64,000 nucleotides of DNA from Planctomycetaceae bacterium (GTDB taxonomy: Bacteria > Planctomycetota > Planctomycetia > Planctomycetales > Planctomycetaceae), in the NCBI GenBank assembly GCA_021732975.1, contig JAKFWC010000024.1, positions 247,634 through 311,633 of the forward strand, written 5' to 3'. Below, one piece after another: positions 18,256 through 27,195 of this stretch (position 1 is its first letter; every line of letters starts with the position of its first letter). A program made the translations under genes and the position numbers. A model generated the notes under the pieces. That model did not search any database. It worked only from the letters and a program-made list of their open reading frames with translations, and had not been told where the DNA came from.

Positions 18256-18696
18256 TTAAATGATTTCCTCAGCGATTCGTTTCGCGACGCGTCGATCAGA
18301 CTCGCGAATTTCTCGAATCGCGTTCGCGCAGAACAGCGCACCCAGCAATAGCGACGCGATACCGAACACGACGAAGAAGTAGAACTGCCGGTCGACATTG
18401 CGAATGAAGCCGTTTTCATCCAATCCCCAGACGACAACGATGCCGCAGAGACTTCCGAGAAAAAATGCGCTGACACTAAACCATGTGACTCGGCTGGCGA
18501 TGAACCACGTCTTCTGAAGGGTCGATTTTTCTCTCCACTCCGATTTGCCCGTGTCGATCAGCAGCCCGCAGTTTGGACAGGAAATCGTCGGCGGACCAAT
18601 CGATGTTCCTCCCGATTGGAATCCGCTATGGAGCACGGTCTCGCCAAGCGTTGTTCCACAATCCGGACAGCAGAGGACACGGACCTCAGTGTGCAT
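18256..18696 (-). CDS. Hypothetical zinc-ribbon membrane protein
   Basis: CCPDCG...CPNCG ribbon followed by hydrophobic helices. It ends 27 nt upstream of nothing else and lies just downstream of the DUF1570 gene on the same strand. Confidence 0.5.
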   Translation of the reverse strand: MHTEVRVLCCPDCGTTLGETVLHSGFQSGGTSIGPPTISCPNCGLLIDTGKSEWREKSTLQKTWFIASRVTWFSVSAFFLGSLCGIVVVWGLDENGFIRNVDRQFYFFVVFGIASLLLGALFCANAIREIRESDRRVAKRIAEEII

Positions 18697-18723
18697 CTGA
18701 AATCATTTCGTCTGGCATTCCGC

Positions 18724-20268
18724 TTATGGTTGCACCTGTACGGCGGCGATATCTTTGGCGAGGTCGCGAAGAAAGTCGCCGTAGGCCTGGTCGAGATCGT
18801 TGAACGATTCGCCGGTCAGTTCATCGAGGCTACGGGGATTCTCGCGCTTGCGGGCGTTGCTGCTGTAGAGTTCAGCGAGGTGTGCGACCAGCGCGTCACG
18901 GTAACGGCCGCCGTCGTAGTGCATGAAGAAGTGGGCGAGTCCCGACGCCTGCGTGTAGTTCTTCGCGAGCATCGGTGCCGACTGAAACGCCTGCATGCCC
19001 ATCTCGGTGAAGTCCCGCATGGGGACGTAATACTTCAGATTGATGAAGTTCGCCCGCGCGCCGACGAAGCGAATGTACTGGGGATCGCCGATGCTGAATT
19101 CGCCGTTGTCGCGACGGAACGATTCCATGTAACACGCGATCCCTTCGATGATCCAGAAGCTCCCTTTCTCTGCAATCGGCCGATGCTGGAGATGGCTTTC
19201 GTAGAACAACTGGTGCGTCGCTTCGTGGTACAGCGTCGCCTCATGATTACCGTTCGGATCGTGATAGAAGTGGGCTGTTCGTCCAACCCCTTGCCCCGTC
19301 GTCAGGTAGATACCGTTGGTGACATCGATTGCCGGGAAGTGCGGCTTGAGTCGCGCCACGTATTCTTCACGAGTTCGATAAAAGTTCACCTGAAACGGAT
19401 CAGCCGGGCTCTTCGCTTTTGCTGTGCCATTGAACTTCTTCTGCAGATGTTCCGGCTCGTTGAAAAAGCCGGCGAACGTCTGATGGAAGAACTCGTGGAA
19501 ATCTTCGAGCGCCTGACCGAGTTCCACGCCCCGTTCAAGACTGTGATTCGTCTTGATGAGATAGTGGTCGGTTTTGATTTCCCACGCTTTATTGAAGTCG
19601 CGACGGATCTCCGCTTCTTTTTCCTTGGACATCCAGCGGCCATCGACGAGTCGTTCGCCGCCTAGATACCGGGCTTCGTGCTTGCGTTCGATCCAGCCGA
19701 ATTGCGGGTTCCAGACGTAACCCTTCAGCATCATCGTTTTGGCATACGGCGTGACCCATCGCTTTTCATAAGCCACGTAACCCAAGAGCTCTCGGGCCAT
19801 TTTGTGGTCGGGATGATGGCTGGCAATCTCGCGAATCAGGTCGAACGCATAACCGAAGTAGTTCGATGCCAGCGCTTCCCGCGAAAGTTTGTAGAGTTCA
19901 GTAGCGTACTTTTCCCGCGCAAACCGGAGTTGGGTTTGCCACTCGCGCTCGTCGGGAGTCATCTCCGCGGGAAGCGGCGGCTGGAACTCCGTCGGCAGCG
20001 TGACCATCTTGATGGTCGATCCCTGCGGAATGATCAGATACTTGCGGATCTCGGCCACACCCTCGGGAAGGGTTCTCTCTCGGCAGAAGGCCGCAAGTTC
20101 CTGTAGCTGAACGACATATCGTTCGTGAAACTCGGCGTGCCTCTTCTGCAGAGCGGCCAGTTTGACCTTTGCCTGCTGCTGTGCCTCCGCAAAATTCGGC
20201 GACGACAGCCACCAGGCCGCGATGCCGAGGCAGAAAAACAGACGACGCCACGAGGCAACGCATTTCAT
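18724..20268 (-). CDS. Secreted DUF1570-like putative zinc metallopeptidase
   Basis: Signal peptide (FFCLGIAAWWLSSPNFAEA) and an HExxH motif (YHEATHQLFYES). The DUF1570 assignment is from memory of the planctomycete family. Confidence 0.6.
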   Translation of the reverse strand: MKCVASWRRLFFCLGIAAWWLSSPNFAEAQQQAKVKLAALQKRHAEFHERYVVQLQELAAFCRERTLPEGVAEIRKYLIIPQGSTIKMVTLPTEFQPPLPAEMTPDEREWQTQLRFAREKYATELYKLSREALASNYFGYAFDLIREIASHHPDHKMARELLGYVAYEKRWVTPYAKTMMLKGYVWNPQFGWIERKHEARYLGGERLVDGRWMSKEKEAEIRRDFNKAWEIKTDHYLIKTNHSLERGVELGQALEDFHEFFHQTFAGFFNEPEHLQKKFNGTAKAKSPADPFQVNFYRTREEYVARLKPHFPAIDVTNGIYLTTGQGVGRTAHFYHDPNGNHEATLYHEATHQLFYESHLQHRPIAEKGSFWIIEGIACYMESFRRDNGEFSIGDPQYIRFVGARANFINLKYYVPMRDFTEMGMQAFQSAPMLAKNYTQASGLAHFFMHYDGGRYRDALVAHLAELYSSNARKRENPRSLDELTGESFNDLDQAYGDFLRDLAKDIAAVQVQP

Positions 20269-20458
20269 CGGAAGAGCCTTGGTGTTTTCGGGATTTTAGG
20301 CGAATCCCCGGAACGCGAACAGGGCGATTTGGCCGCGCCGACGAACCACGTGGCGGTCGACACCCTTGTTCGAGGGGGAAGCACGCCCGATACTGGAGGG
20401 TTCATCGGGCGATCGCAACCACGTGATCGCTGGTTCGGCTCCCTGCTGGCGAGATTTC

Positions 20459-20983
20459 ATGGACAGTTCTGCGTCACGATTGGTGTATCTGGTGCGGTAT
20501 GGCACCACGCCCGAAGTCGCCCGCTGTGTAGTCGACGCCGGATCGGACCTCTCGCGCGGTGACGCGGTCATTGTCCGGACACATCGGGGGGAACAACTCG
20601 GGACATTGCTGGAACGCGAACGGTCTTCATCGACCGTGGAGGAAATCGAGTTCGAAATTCTGCGTCGTGCCGATGAGGCCGATCTTGCTCAAGCAAAAAT
20701 CTCCCGTCAGCGCTGTGAGCAGGCGTTCGGCATCTGGATGCAACGGATCGCCGACTGGGATCTCCAGATCGAACTGCTCGACATCGAAGAGACGCTCGAC
20801 GGACAGAAGACCATTCTGTACGTGCTGTGCGAACGTGGTCCCGATTCCACCAAGCTCGCGCTGCAAGCCGCGGCGGCCGGATTGGGCCTTATCGAAGTGC
20901 AACCGGTCTCCGCCGAGGGCTTGGTAGTCATCGCGCCGTCAGGTGGCGGTTGCGGGACCGGTGGCTGCGGCTGTGAACATTAG
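20459..20983 (+). CDS. Hypothetical protein, possibly PSP1 (RicT)-like, with a Cys/Gly C-terminal tail
   Basis: The segment LQIELLDIEETLDGQKTILYVLCERGPDSTKLA...GLIEVQPV resembles the PSP1 C-terminal domain pattern. The protein ends GGGCGTGGCGCEH. This is a weak, pattern-based call. Confidence 0.4.
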   Translation: MDSSASRLVYLVRYGTTPEVARCVVDAGSDLSRGDAVIVRTHRGEQLGTLLERERSSSTVEEIEFEILRRADEADLAQAKISRQRCEQAFGIWMQRIADWDLQIELLDIEETLDGQKTILYVLCERGPDSTKLALQAAAAGLGLIEVQPVSAEGLVVIAPSGGGCGTGGCGCEH

Positions 20984-21013
20984 TCGAAACTCTTGGCAGG
21001 AATACAGCGGACC

Positions 21014-22168
21014 ATGTCCGATTCGTCGTTTCAGGAATTGCGTGATCTCCGGCCCCAATCATCGGACGGGGATGTCTTCCAACGTCTGGCGTCCGTGCTG
21101 AGAGATCGCAAGGACTATCACAAACTGTTTGACGCACTCTGCCTGCAAAAGAAGCAGGAAATGGGCTTGCCGCTCGGCAAACCCACCTCATTTGAAGATG
21201 TACCCACCGACCGTCGCGATGAATTTGAAAAGACGTACATGACCGCGGCGCGGGAAGTCGGTCAATTGCTGCTCGCCGACAACAAACCGTCGCAAGCCTT
21301 CATCTATTTCCATGCGATTCGTGAGACGGAACCGATCCGCGCGGCCGTGGAACAATTCGTCATTCCGCGGGAAACCAGCGAAGCCTCAGAAGAGATGCTC
21401 GAGCTGGCCTTGTTCAAAAGCGTGCATCCTGTGAAGGGGGTGCAGATCATGCTGAAGACGCATGGAACGTGCAGCACGATCACGGCCCTCGATCAATCGT
21501 TCTCCCGGATGACGCCGGAAGACCGTGCGGCGTGTGCGGCGATGATGGTGCGGACGTTGCACGGCGAACTGCTGGCGTCGGTGCAGCGCGAAGTCAGTCA
21601 GAAAATGCCGTTCGCACCACCCGCCAAGACGTTGCGGGAACTGTGTGCCGGTCGTGAATGGCTGTTCGCGGACAACAACTATCACATCGATGTCTCGCAT
21701 CTGCATGCCACGACGCGGTTCGCGCGGTCGTTATCGCCCGGTGCGAAGGAACTGGAACTGGCGTGCGATCTGACGGAGTACGCCAGTCAATTGGCCCCGC
21801 AGTTTCAATATGCCGGCGAACCCCCGTTCCAGGATTACTATCCGGCCCACCGCGAGTTCTTCAAGGTGTTGCTGAACGTCGATCGCGATGCGGCGCTCGA
21901 GTATTTCCAGAAGCAATTGATGGCAGAACCCGACCCGCCGGATCAAGCGATGATTGCTTACGTGATCGTCGACTTACTGGTGCGCATCGACCGCTTTGCC
22001 GATGCGGTGCCGATTGCCGAGCAGTACCTGCTCAACACCGACGAAGACTTCGCCGCCGCGTTTGCGGAACTGTGCGAAAAAGCCGGCCGGTTCGATGTCC
22101 TCGAACGAACCGCCGAAGCCCGCAACGACCTGGTCACCTTCGCGACGGCATTGGTTCGCCAATCATAG
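21014..22168 (+). CDS. Hypothetical protein
   Basis: A 384-aa ORF from the ATG at 21014 with codon usage like its neighbours. I recognise no family. Confidence 0.55.
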   Translation: MSDSSFQELRDLRPQSSDGDVFQRLASVLRDRKDYHKLFDALCLQKKQEMGLPLGKPTSFEDVPTDRRDEFEKTYMTAAREVGQLLLADNKPSQAFIYFHAIRETEPIRAAVEQFVIPRETSEASEEMLELALFKSVHPVKGVQIMLKTHGTCSTITALDQSFSRMTPEDRAACAAMMVRTLHGELLASVQREVSQKMPFAPPAKTLRELCAGREWLFADNNYHIDVSHLHATTRFARSLSPGAKELELACDLTEYASQLAPQFQYAGEPPFQDYYPAHREFFKVLLNVDRDAALEYFQKQLMAEPDPPDQAMIAYVIVDLLVRIDRFADAVPIAEQYLLNTDEDFAAAFAELCEKAGRFDVLERTAEARNDLVTFATALVRQS

Positions 22169-22182
22169 TCACGCACTTCCGG

Positions 22183-22318
22183 CAACTCGTTCCTAGGCTC
22201 CGCCTGGGAACGTCCGGAAGCGAGGCTCTGCCTCGCGAGGTGACGCTACGGAAATCCAAACGAAGTGACGAGGCGGAGCCTCGGTGACAGACGTTCCCAA
22301 GCGGGAGCTTGGGAACGA
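22183..22318. repeat. ~135-nt composite palindromic element with four hairpins, MITE/REP-like (family A)
   Basis: Hairpins CGTTCCTAGG-CTCCG-CCTGGGAACG, GCGAGG-CTCTG-CCTCGC, CGAGGC-GGA-GCCTCG and CGTTCCCAAGC-GGGA-GCTTGGGAACG. The outer ends are AACTCGTT...AACGAG. It is homologous over its length to 27011..27143. Confidence 0.85.
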
Positions 22319-22331
22319 GATTCATAAAGAC

Positions 22332-23156
22332 ATGGCTCCCCAGATGACTGAGAACGATTCCACATATCAGTCGAAGAACCGGGCGGCGTGGGATCGTCTG
22401 GCGGAAGGCAGCCCGTTTTCCAAAGTCGCGACGGACGAAGAATGTGCGAACCCGCTGGGAACGCTCGATAGTCGGGGATGGTTGCCGAAGAGCGTCGCTG
22501 GGTTGGATGTGCTCTGTCTTGCCGCGGGGGGGGGCTGGCAATCGATTCTGTATGCCACCGCCGGGGCACGGGTCACCGTCGTCGATATCAGCCCCGGCAT
22601 GCTGCGACTCGATCATCGTGAAGCCGATCGTCGCGGGTTAACGCTGCGGACACTGGAAGCCTCGATGGACGATTTGTCGGCCCTTGCAGACGCCAGCTTC
22701 GACATCGTGCATCAACCCGTCAGCACATGCTATGTCCCAGACATTGCCGCCGTGTATCGGGAGATTTCCCGCGTCACTCGCGATGGCGGCATCTACATCT
22801 GTCAACACAAGCAACCGGTGTCGTTGCAGATCGCTCATCGCGATGCGCGTGATCGTTACGTCATCGGTCTCGAATACTACCATCGGGGACCGCTGCCGCC
22901 GCTGGACGATAAGTCGTATCGCGAACGGGGAGCGACGGAGTATCTGCACCGCTGGGACCAACTCGTCGGCGAGTTATGCCGCTCCGGGTTCGTCATCGAA
23001 GATTTGCGAGAACCGAGTCGTGCCGACTACAAAGCTGCACCGGGACACTTCGGCCACCGCGGCCGGTTCGCCCCGCCGTACGTCCGCATGAAGGCCCGCC
23101 GGTCACCACGTATTCAACCGGCCGCAAGCTCGTCCACGTTGTGGTTACCCGAATGA
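22332..23156 (+). CDS. Class I SAM-dependent methyltransferase
   Basis: Motif I (VLCLAAGGGWQS), plus VVDISPGML and a DIVHQP acidic loop. The start is moved to the ATG at 22332 because track start 22284 lies inside the repeat. Confidence 0.8.
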   Translation: MAPQMTENDSTYQSKNRAAWDRLAEGSPFSKVATDEECANPLGTLDSRGWLPKSVAGLDVLCLAAGGGWQSILYATAGARVTVVDISPGMLRLDHREADRRGLTLRTLEASMDDLSALADASFDIVHQPVSTCYVPDIAAVYREISRVTRDGGIYICQHKQPVSLQIAHRDARDRYVIGLEYYHRGPLPPLDDKSYRERGATEYLHRWDQLVGELCRSGFVIEDLREPSRADYKAAPGHFGHRGRFAPPYVRMKARRSPRIQPAASSSTLWLPE

Positions 23157-23190
23157 AAGAAGCCCAGGGAATGCCTTCCCTGGGCTTCTT
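23157..23190. terminator. 14-bp-stem hairpin between convergent genes (probable bidirectional terminator)
   Basis: AAGAAGCCCAGGGA-ATGCCT-TCCCTGGGCTTCTT lies immediately after the stop at 23156 and 25 nt from the convergent stop at 23215. Confidence 0.6.
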
Positions 23191-23214
23191 GTTGACATCG
23201 TTATCAATCTGCGG

Positions 23215-25461
23215 TTACTTGAGGTTGACAGCAATCCAGCCGTTGATGATCTGAATTGAGGTGACGACGGCATCGACGTTGCGGGTGGCGGAACCCGGCA
23301 GCTTGATCTTCGCCGAGGTCGTGCGATCTGGCAGGGCGGCGCTCATCTTGTTGATGATGACTTTGCGTTGAACACCGCTGAGATCGCCATCAATGCCGAC
23401 GATTTGCAAATCGCCACGAACGACTTGAATGTCTTGACCGTTCGCGGAGATCTTCAGAGGAACGGTGATTTCCTGCGTCGGAATGGGGTCTTTCCCTTCG
23501 CGTTCCAGACCCGCTCGAATGACGAGAACGAGCTCGCCGTTACGGAACAGGATCCGCATCGGGTCTTCCTTGGCGAAGGCGATTTTCGCGGGAACGCGGT
23601 CTTCCTCGTCCTGCTCGGCCTCAGCTTTGGGAGCGACTTCGGCCGGGGCACGGAACTTGAATTCGCGAGCCAGCGCTTTCGACAGGAACCCTTCGACATG
23701 ATGCCGGAGTTCTTCTTCCGACATCGTTTTTCCGGAGAAGTCGATCCGGTCGATCGTGTTGTTGATGATCGAATCGTGCATCACCAGCTTCGCCCCATCG
23801 ACATCCGCAACGAGCATCGATTCCGGCACAGACCCGGCGAGTTCGTTCTCGCCCGTCAGACGGCTGGAAATCGAGAGGTGCGAGTCGGTGCTTTCAAACT
23901 TTTGGCGATCCGGATAGATCCCCGCGGACTTCAACCCCGCATTCAGTTCCGACTCGATCCGAGTCCCGGCGTTGCCAAATTCCTTATCAACTTCGGAATT
24001 GAATCGCGGCAGAACTTTATCGGAGATGCGGCTGCGGGCAATCGCTTCGGACTGTGGGCGGCGGTTACCCGCTTCCTGAATCGCAATCCGTTGGGCGACG
24101 CGACCGAAAATCGGCAGGCCGCTGAGCCGTGTCGTGGCGCCGGTTGTCGTGTTGTTGGCGTTGACACCAATGGCCGCTGGACCGGTGCTGAACTTCGCAC
24201 CGTCGAATACGATTTCCTTGGTCGCACGGAAGGTGTGATTGCCCGAGGTATAAATCGTGGCTTGATCGGTTGCCCCAGCCGTGTTGGACTGCACGTTCCC
24301 GCTCAGCACGAGATCGAACCGGATGGCATTCTTCGCGGGCTTGAGATCGGCACTGACTGTGGTTTGTGTGGTTTGCCAGCCGCCGACATTGGCCCCCAGA
24401 ATGTAATCGTGGACCTGGCCCTGTTCGACCCGGGAATCACCAATCAACTTGCCGACGAAGGCTTCGCTGGCGATGAACCGCAGGTTGTCGTTGAGATAGT
24501 GATCGTTGATCACCGCGGCAATGCGATCGCCACCGTCCGCGGCAGCCTGCTGGATTGCCCCCAAGGCGGCCCGCACGGCGATAGCGTCGGCTGCCGTCGA
24601 GTTGACTTCAAAACTGTCAATGGCTGCGGTGAGCTTCGCGAAAGATTCACGCAGTCCCGCAGGATTGGTCTGATCCGCTTTGGAAGCCACGGCGGTGAGG
24701 TGTGCATCGACCGCGGTTTCGAGATTCACGAAGGCCGGACGGCTCAGGAATGATTTTTGGGCTTCGTCCGTCAATGTGGCGCGCTTGGCCAACTTGGCTT
24801 TGGTGACGGTTGCCGCGGCTGTCACGGCATCGCCTTCCGGGCCGGCGGCGAGAGCGGCCTTCAATTCTTCGGACTTCACATACGGCAGCCAGGCCTTCCC
24901 GCCGGACAGACCGCTGAGGTCGGTTTCCAGCGCAGCGAGCGCGGAGGTGACGGCGGCGGCTTTGGCCTTGATCCGCTCACCACGAATGGTCGCCGGATTC
25001 ATTTCCAGCGTGTCGAGCATCGCTTCGGCCAGAGTCACGCGACGGGCCAGGGGACCGTGCAGGCTAGCCAACGTATTGGCAATCGCGGCGTAGCGTTTGT
25101 CGGCCAACGCCTTCTCGACGGTTTTCAGCCGCTTCTTGATGGTCTCGATCTTGCCCCGCTGGGCGGCGATATCGCCTTCAAACTTGTAGAAGTCGGTCAC
25201 TTCCGCGGCGGTTTCCGAACTCCAGGTCGCCCAGTTGCCGTCCAGAGATGCAAAGGCATCCGCATTCAAAACGGCTGGCAATTCCGCAGGGAACAGGCCG
25301 TGCAAACCAACCGGAGCCGTGGACGGATCGAACGCCCAAGCCCCTGCGGCAACCCCCGCGAGAATGCCCGCGGCCGTAATCCGCTGCAACCAGCGGAGTT
25401 GGCGACGGCGGAGTTTACGTTCGGCAGCAGTTCCGGTCTTGTGTTGTTCTGTCATCGGCAT
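23215..25461 (-). CDS. Large hypothetical secreted or anchored protein
   Basis: The ATG at 25461 is followed by a basic stretch and a TM/signal helix (ITAAGILAGVAAGAWA). The N-terminal half is Ala-rich and helical and the C-terminal half is beta-rich. The track GTG start at 25704 adds 81 aa of atypical sequence. Confidence 0.6.
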   Translation of the reverse strand: MPMTEQHKTGTAAERKLRRRQLRWLQRITAAGILAGVAAGAWAFDPSTAPVGLHGLFPAELPAVLNADAFASLDGNWATWSSETAAEVTDFYKFEGDIAAQRGKIETIKKRLKTVEKALADKRYAAIANTLASLHGPLARRVTLAEAMLDTLEMNPATIRGERIKAKAAAVTSALAALETDLSGLSGGKAWLPYVKSEELKAALAAGPEGDAVTAAATVTKAKLAKRATLTDEAQKSFLSRPAFVNLETAVDAHLTAVASKADQTNPAGLRESFAKLTAAIDSFEVNSTAADAIAVRAALGAIQQAAADGGDRIAAVINDHYLNDNLRFIASEAFVGKLIGDSRVEQGQVHDYILGANVGGWQTTQTTVSADLKPAKNAIRFDLVLSGNVQSNTAGATDQATIYTSGNHTFRATKEIVFDGAKFSTGPAAIGVNANNTTTGATTRLSGLPIFGRVAQRIAIQEAGNRRPQSEAIARSRISDKVLPRFNSEVDKEFGNAGTRIESELNAGLKSAGIYPDRQKFESTDSHLSISSRLTGENELAGSVPESMLVADVDGAKLVMHDSIINNTIDRIDFSGKTMSEEELRHHVEGFLSKALAREFKFRAPAEVAPKAEAEQDEEDRVPAKIAFAKEDPMRILFRNGELVLVIRAGLEREGKDPIPTQEITVPLKISANGQDIQVVRGDLQIVGIDGDLSGVQRKVIINKMSAALPDRTTSAKIKLPGSATRNVDAVVTSIQIINGWIAVNLK

Positions 25462-25855
25462 GGGTTCCTGCACAGTAACTCTCGCTCGGAGAGCTGCATC
25501 AATCGTCAATTCAATGTCGTTCTGTTTGTGGAGCGTGGCGAAGTACTGATGTCGGTACGGATGGTGTGAATAGTTATCGTCCGCAGGATTCCTATAACCA
25601 GAACTCTCCGTCCACTCGGCAAGTCCGTCACGACGGTTTCGATCTGAATCATCGGTGCAACCGGAGAATCCGCAACGGTCGCCCCAAGCCGCAAACTCCA
25701 CCACACCACCCCACTCTACCGATTGCCTCAGGGCGATTCAATAAACTCCCCAACTTAGTGAAGAGTTCTCCGAAGAGTTTCGGCCAGCGGTCGCCCGGTA
25801 TGGATAAGACTGCGACGCTTCTATTCTCCAGCGCGAAATGAGCACAAATACCGAG

Positions 25856-26944
25856 TTAGTCGTCGCCGACAACCAGCCGCAAGTAGCTTTCATACCGCTG
25901 GCGAGAGAGGAATCCGGCGTGGACTGCCTGGCGTATCGCGCATTCCGATTCATCCAGGTGCAGGCAGTTGGGGAACTTGCAATACGGTACGAATGGCCGA
26001 AATTCCCTGAAGTATCCCTCGACTTCCCCTTTTCCAACATCCCAGAGGTCTAATTGTCTGATGCCGGGGGTGTCGACAACCCAGCCTCCGGCATCGAGTT
26101 GCAATAATTGGGCATACCGCGTGGTGTGGCGGCCTTTCTGCGTCACCTGGCTAATCGCCCCGGTCTGCAACGCGAAGGAGGGCTGAATTGCGTTGAGCAA
26201 CGTCGACTTTCCCACGCCACTTTGCCCGGTGAGGACGGTTTGCTCGCCTCGGAGCAACTGCCGCAGACGTTCCAATCCGGTTCCTGTCACGGGACTCGTG
26301 GGGATGACGGGATAGCCCAGGCGGCTGTACAACGCAATCAGCGGTTGCAGGTCGACTAAATCCACCAAGTCGGCTTTGTTGAGGCAAATCGCCGCAGAAA
26401 CGTTGCCCTTAGCGGCACTCAACAGAAAGCGATCAATCAACGGTGGTTTGAGCGGCGGTTCGCCGAGCGACGCCACAATCAGCACCTGCGTGACATTCGC
26501 CACCAGCACGTGCTCGCGGTACTGATGCTTACGAGTGATGACCCCCTGACGGGGTTGCACGCGCTCGATCACGCCTTGTTGATTGTCGAGTGGTTGATAC
26601 AGCACGCGATCCCCAGCGACGACGGCGGTTCGTTCGTCGGACGCCATCGTCCGCAACATCCGCCGGACAGTACAGGGCACCGTGATACCGGATTCATCAT
26701 CCTGCACCAGGCATTGCGTTGAACCAATCGCCCGTAGAACGCGTCCCGGCCGGCAAATTGCTTCGTCGACCGCCCGGACAACTTGATCGCCCGACTGGTT
26801 GCCGACGATCGTCCGCTTGCGGGTCAGCCCCCCTTTGTGAGAAATCCGCTCGGAGCTGGCGGTCGTGTCTTCGGGTGCGTCGCCGGCGTGATGCGAGCGA
26901 GTGAGATCATTCTGCCGCGTGGATGTCCCGCGGTTCTTACGCAT
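25856..26944 (-). CDS. rsgA: Ribosome small-subunit-dependent GTPase A (circularly permuted GTPase)
   Basis: G4-G1-G3 order (LNKADL ... GQSGVGKSTLLNAI ... DTPG) and a C-terminal zinc finger (CKFPNCLHLDESEC). The start is moved to the ATG at 26944 because the track N-terminus runs through repeat 27011..27143. Confidence 0.9.
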   Translation of the reverse strand: MRKNRGTSTRQNDLTRSHHAGDAPEDTTASSERISHKGGLTRKRTIVGNQSGDQVVRAVDEAICRPGRVLRAIGSTQCLVQDDESGITVPCTVRRMLRTMASDERTAVVAGDRVLYQPLDNQQGVIERVQPRQGVITRKHQYREHVLVANVTQVLIVASLGEPPLKPPLIDRFLLSAAKGNVSAAICLNKADLVDLVDLQPLIALYSRLGYPVIPTSPVTGTGLERLRQLLRGEQTVLTGQSGVGKSTLLNAIQPSFALQTGAISQVTQKGRHTTRYAQLLQLDAGGWVVDTPGIRQLDLWDVGKGEVEGYFREFRPFVPYCKFPNCLHLDESECAIRQAVHAGFLSRQRYESYLRLVVGDD

Positions 26945-27010
26945 CTGCACCCGAATTTTCGGCTGACGTTTTGCGGCCAACGGAGATAGTCCCCTCTTCT
27001 CTTGTTCTTT

Positions 27011-27143
27011 CTTGTTCTCAGGCTCCGCCTGGGAACACACGTCCGCGAGGCACTGCCTCGCCGTCTGTCTGTGGATCGTTGAAATGCGAAGACGAGGCAG
27101 AGCCTCGGCGGAAGACGTTCCCAAGCAGAGCTTGGGAACGAGT
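27011..27143. repeat. Second full copy of the four-hairpin family A composite element
   Basis: GTTCTCAGGCTCCGCCTGGGAAC ... CGCGAGGCACTGCCTCGC ... CGAGGCAGAGCCTCG ... CGTTCCCAAGCAGAGCTTGGGAACGAGTT. The hairpin order is the same as in 22183..22318. Confidence 0.85.
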
Positions 27144-27195
27144 TAATGAAAGACCATCGCTTCAGAAACCGTGGGCTTCTGGTTTCAATCTCTGA

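Noticed and set aside
26945-27124. The N-terminal 60 aa of track ORF 25856..27124 (rsgA), and likewise 22284..22331 of the methyltransferase ORF.
   Set aside because: These extensions are translations of the family A palindromic repeat. Good internal ATG starts follow the repeats.
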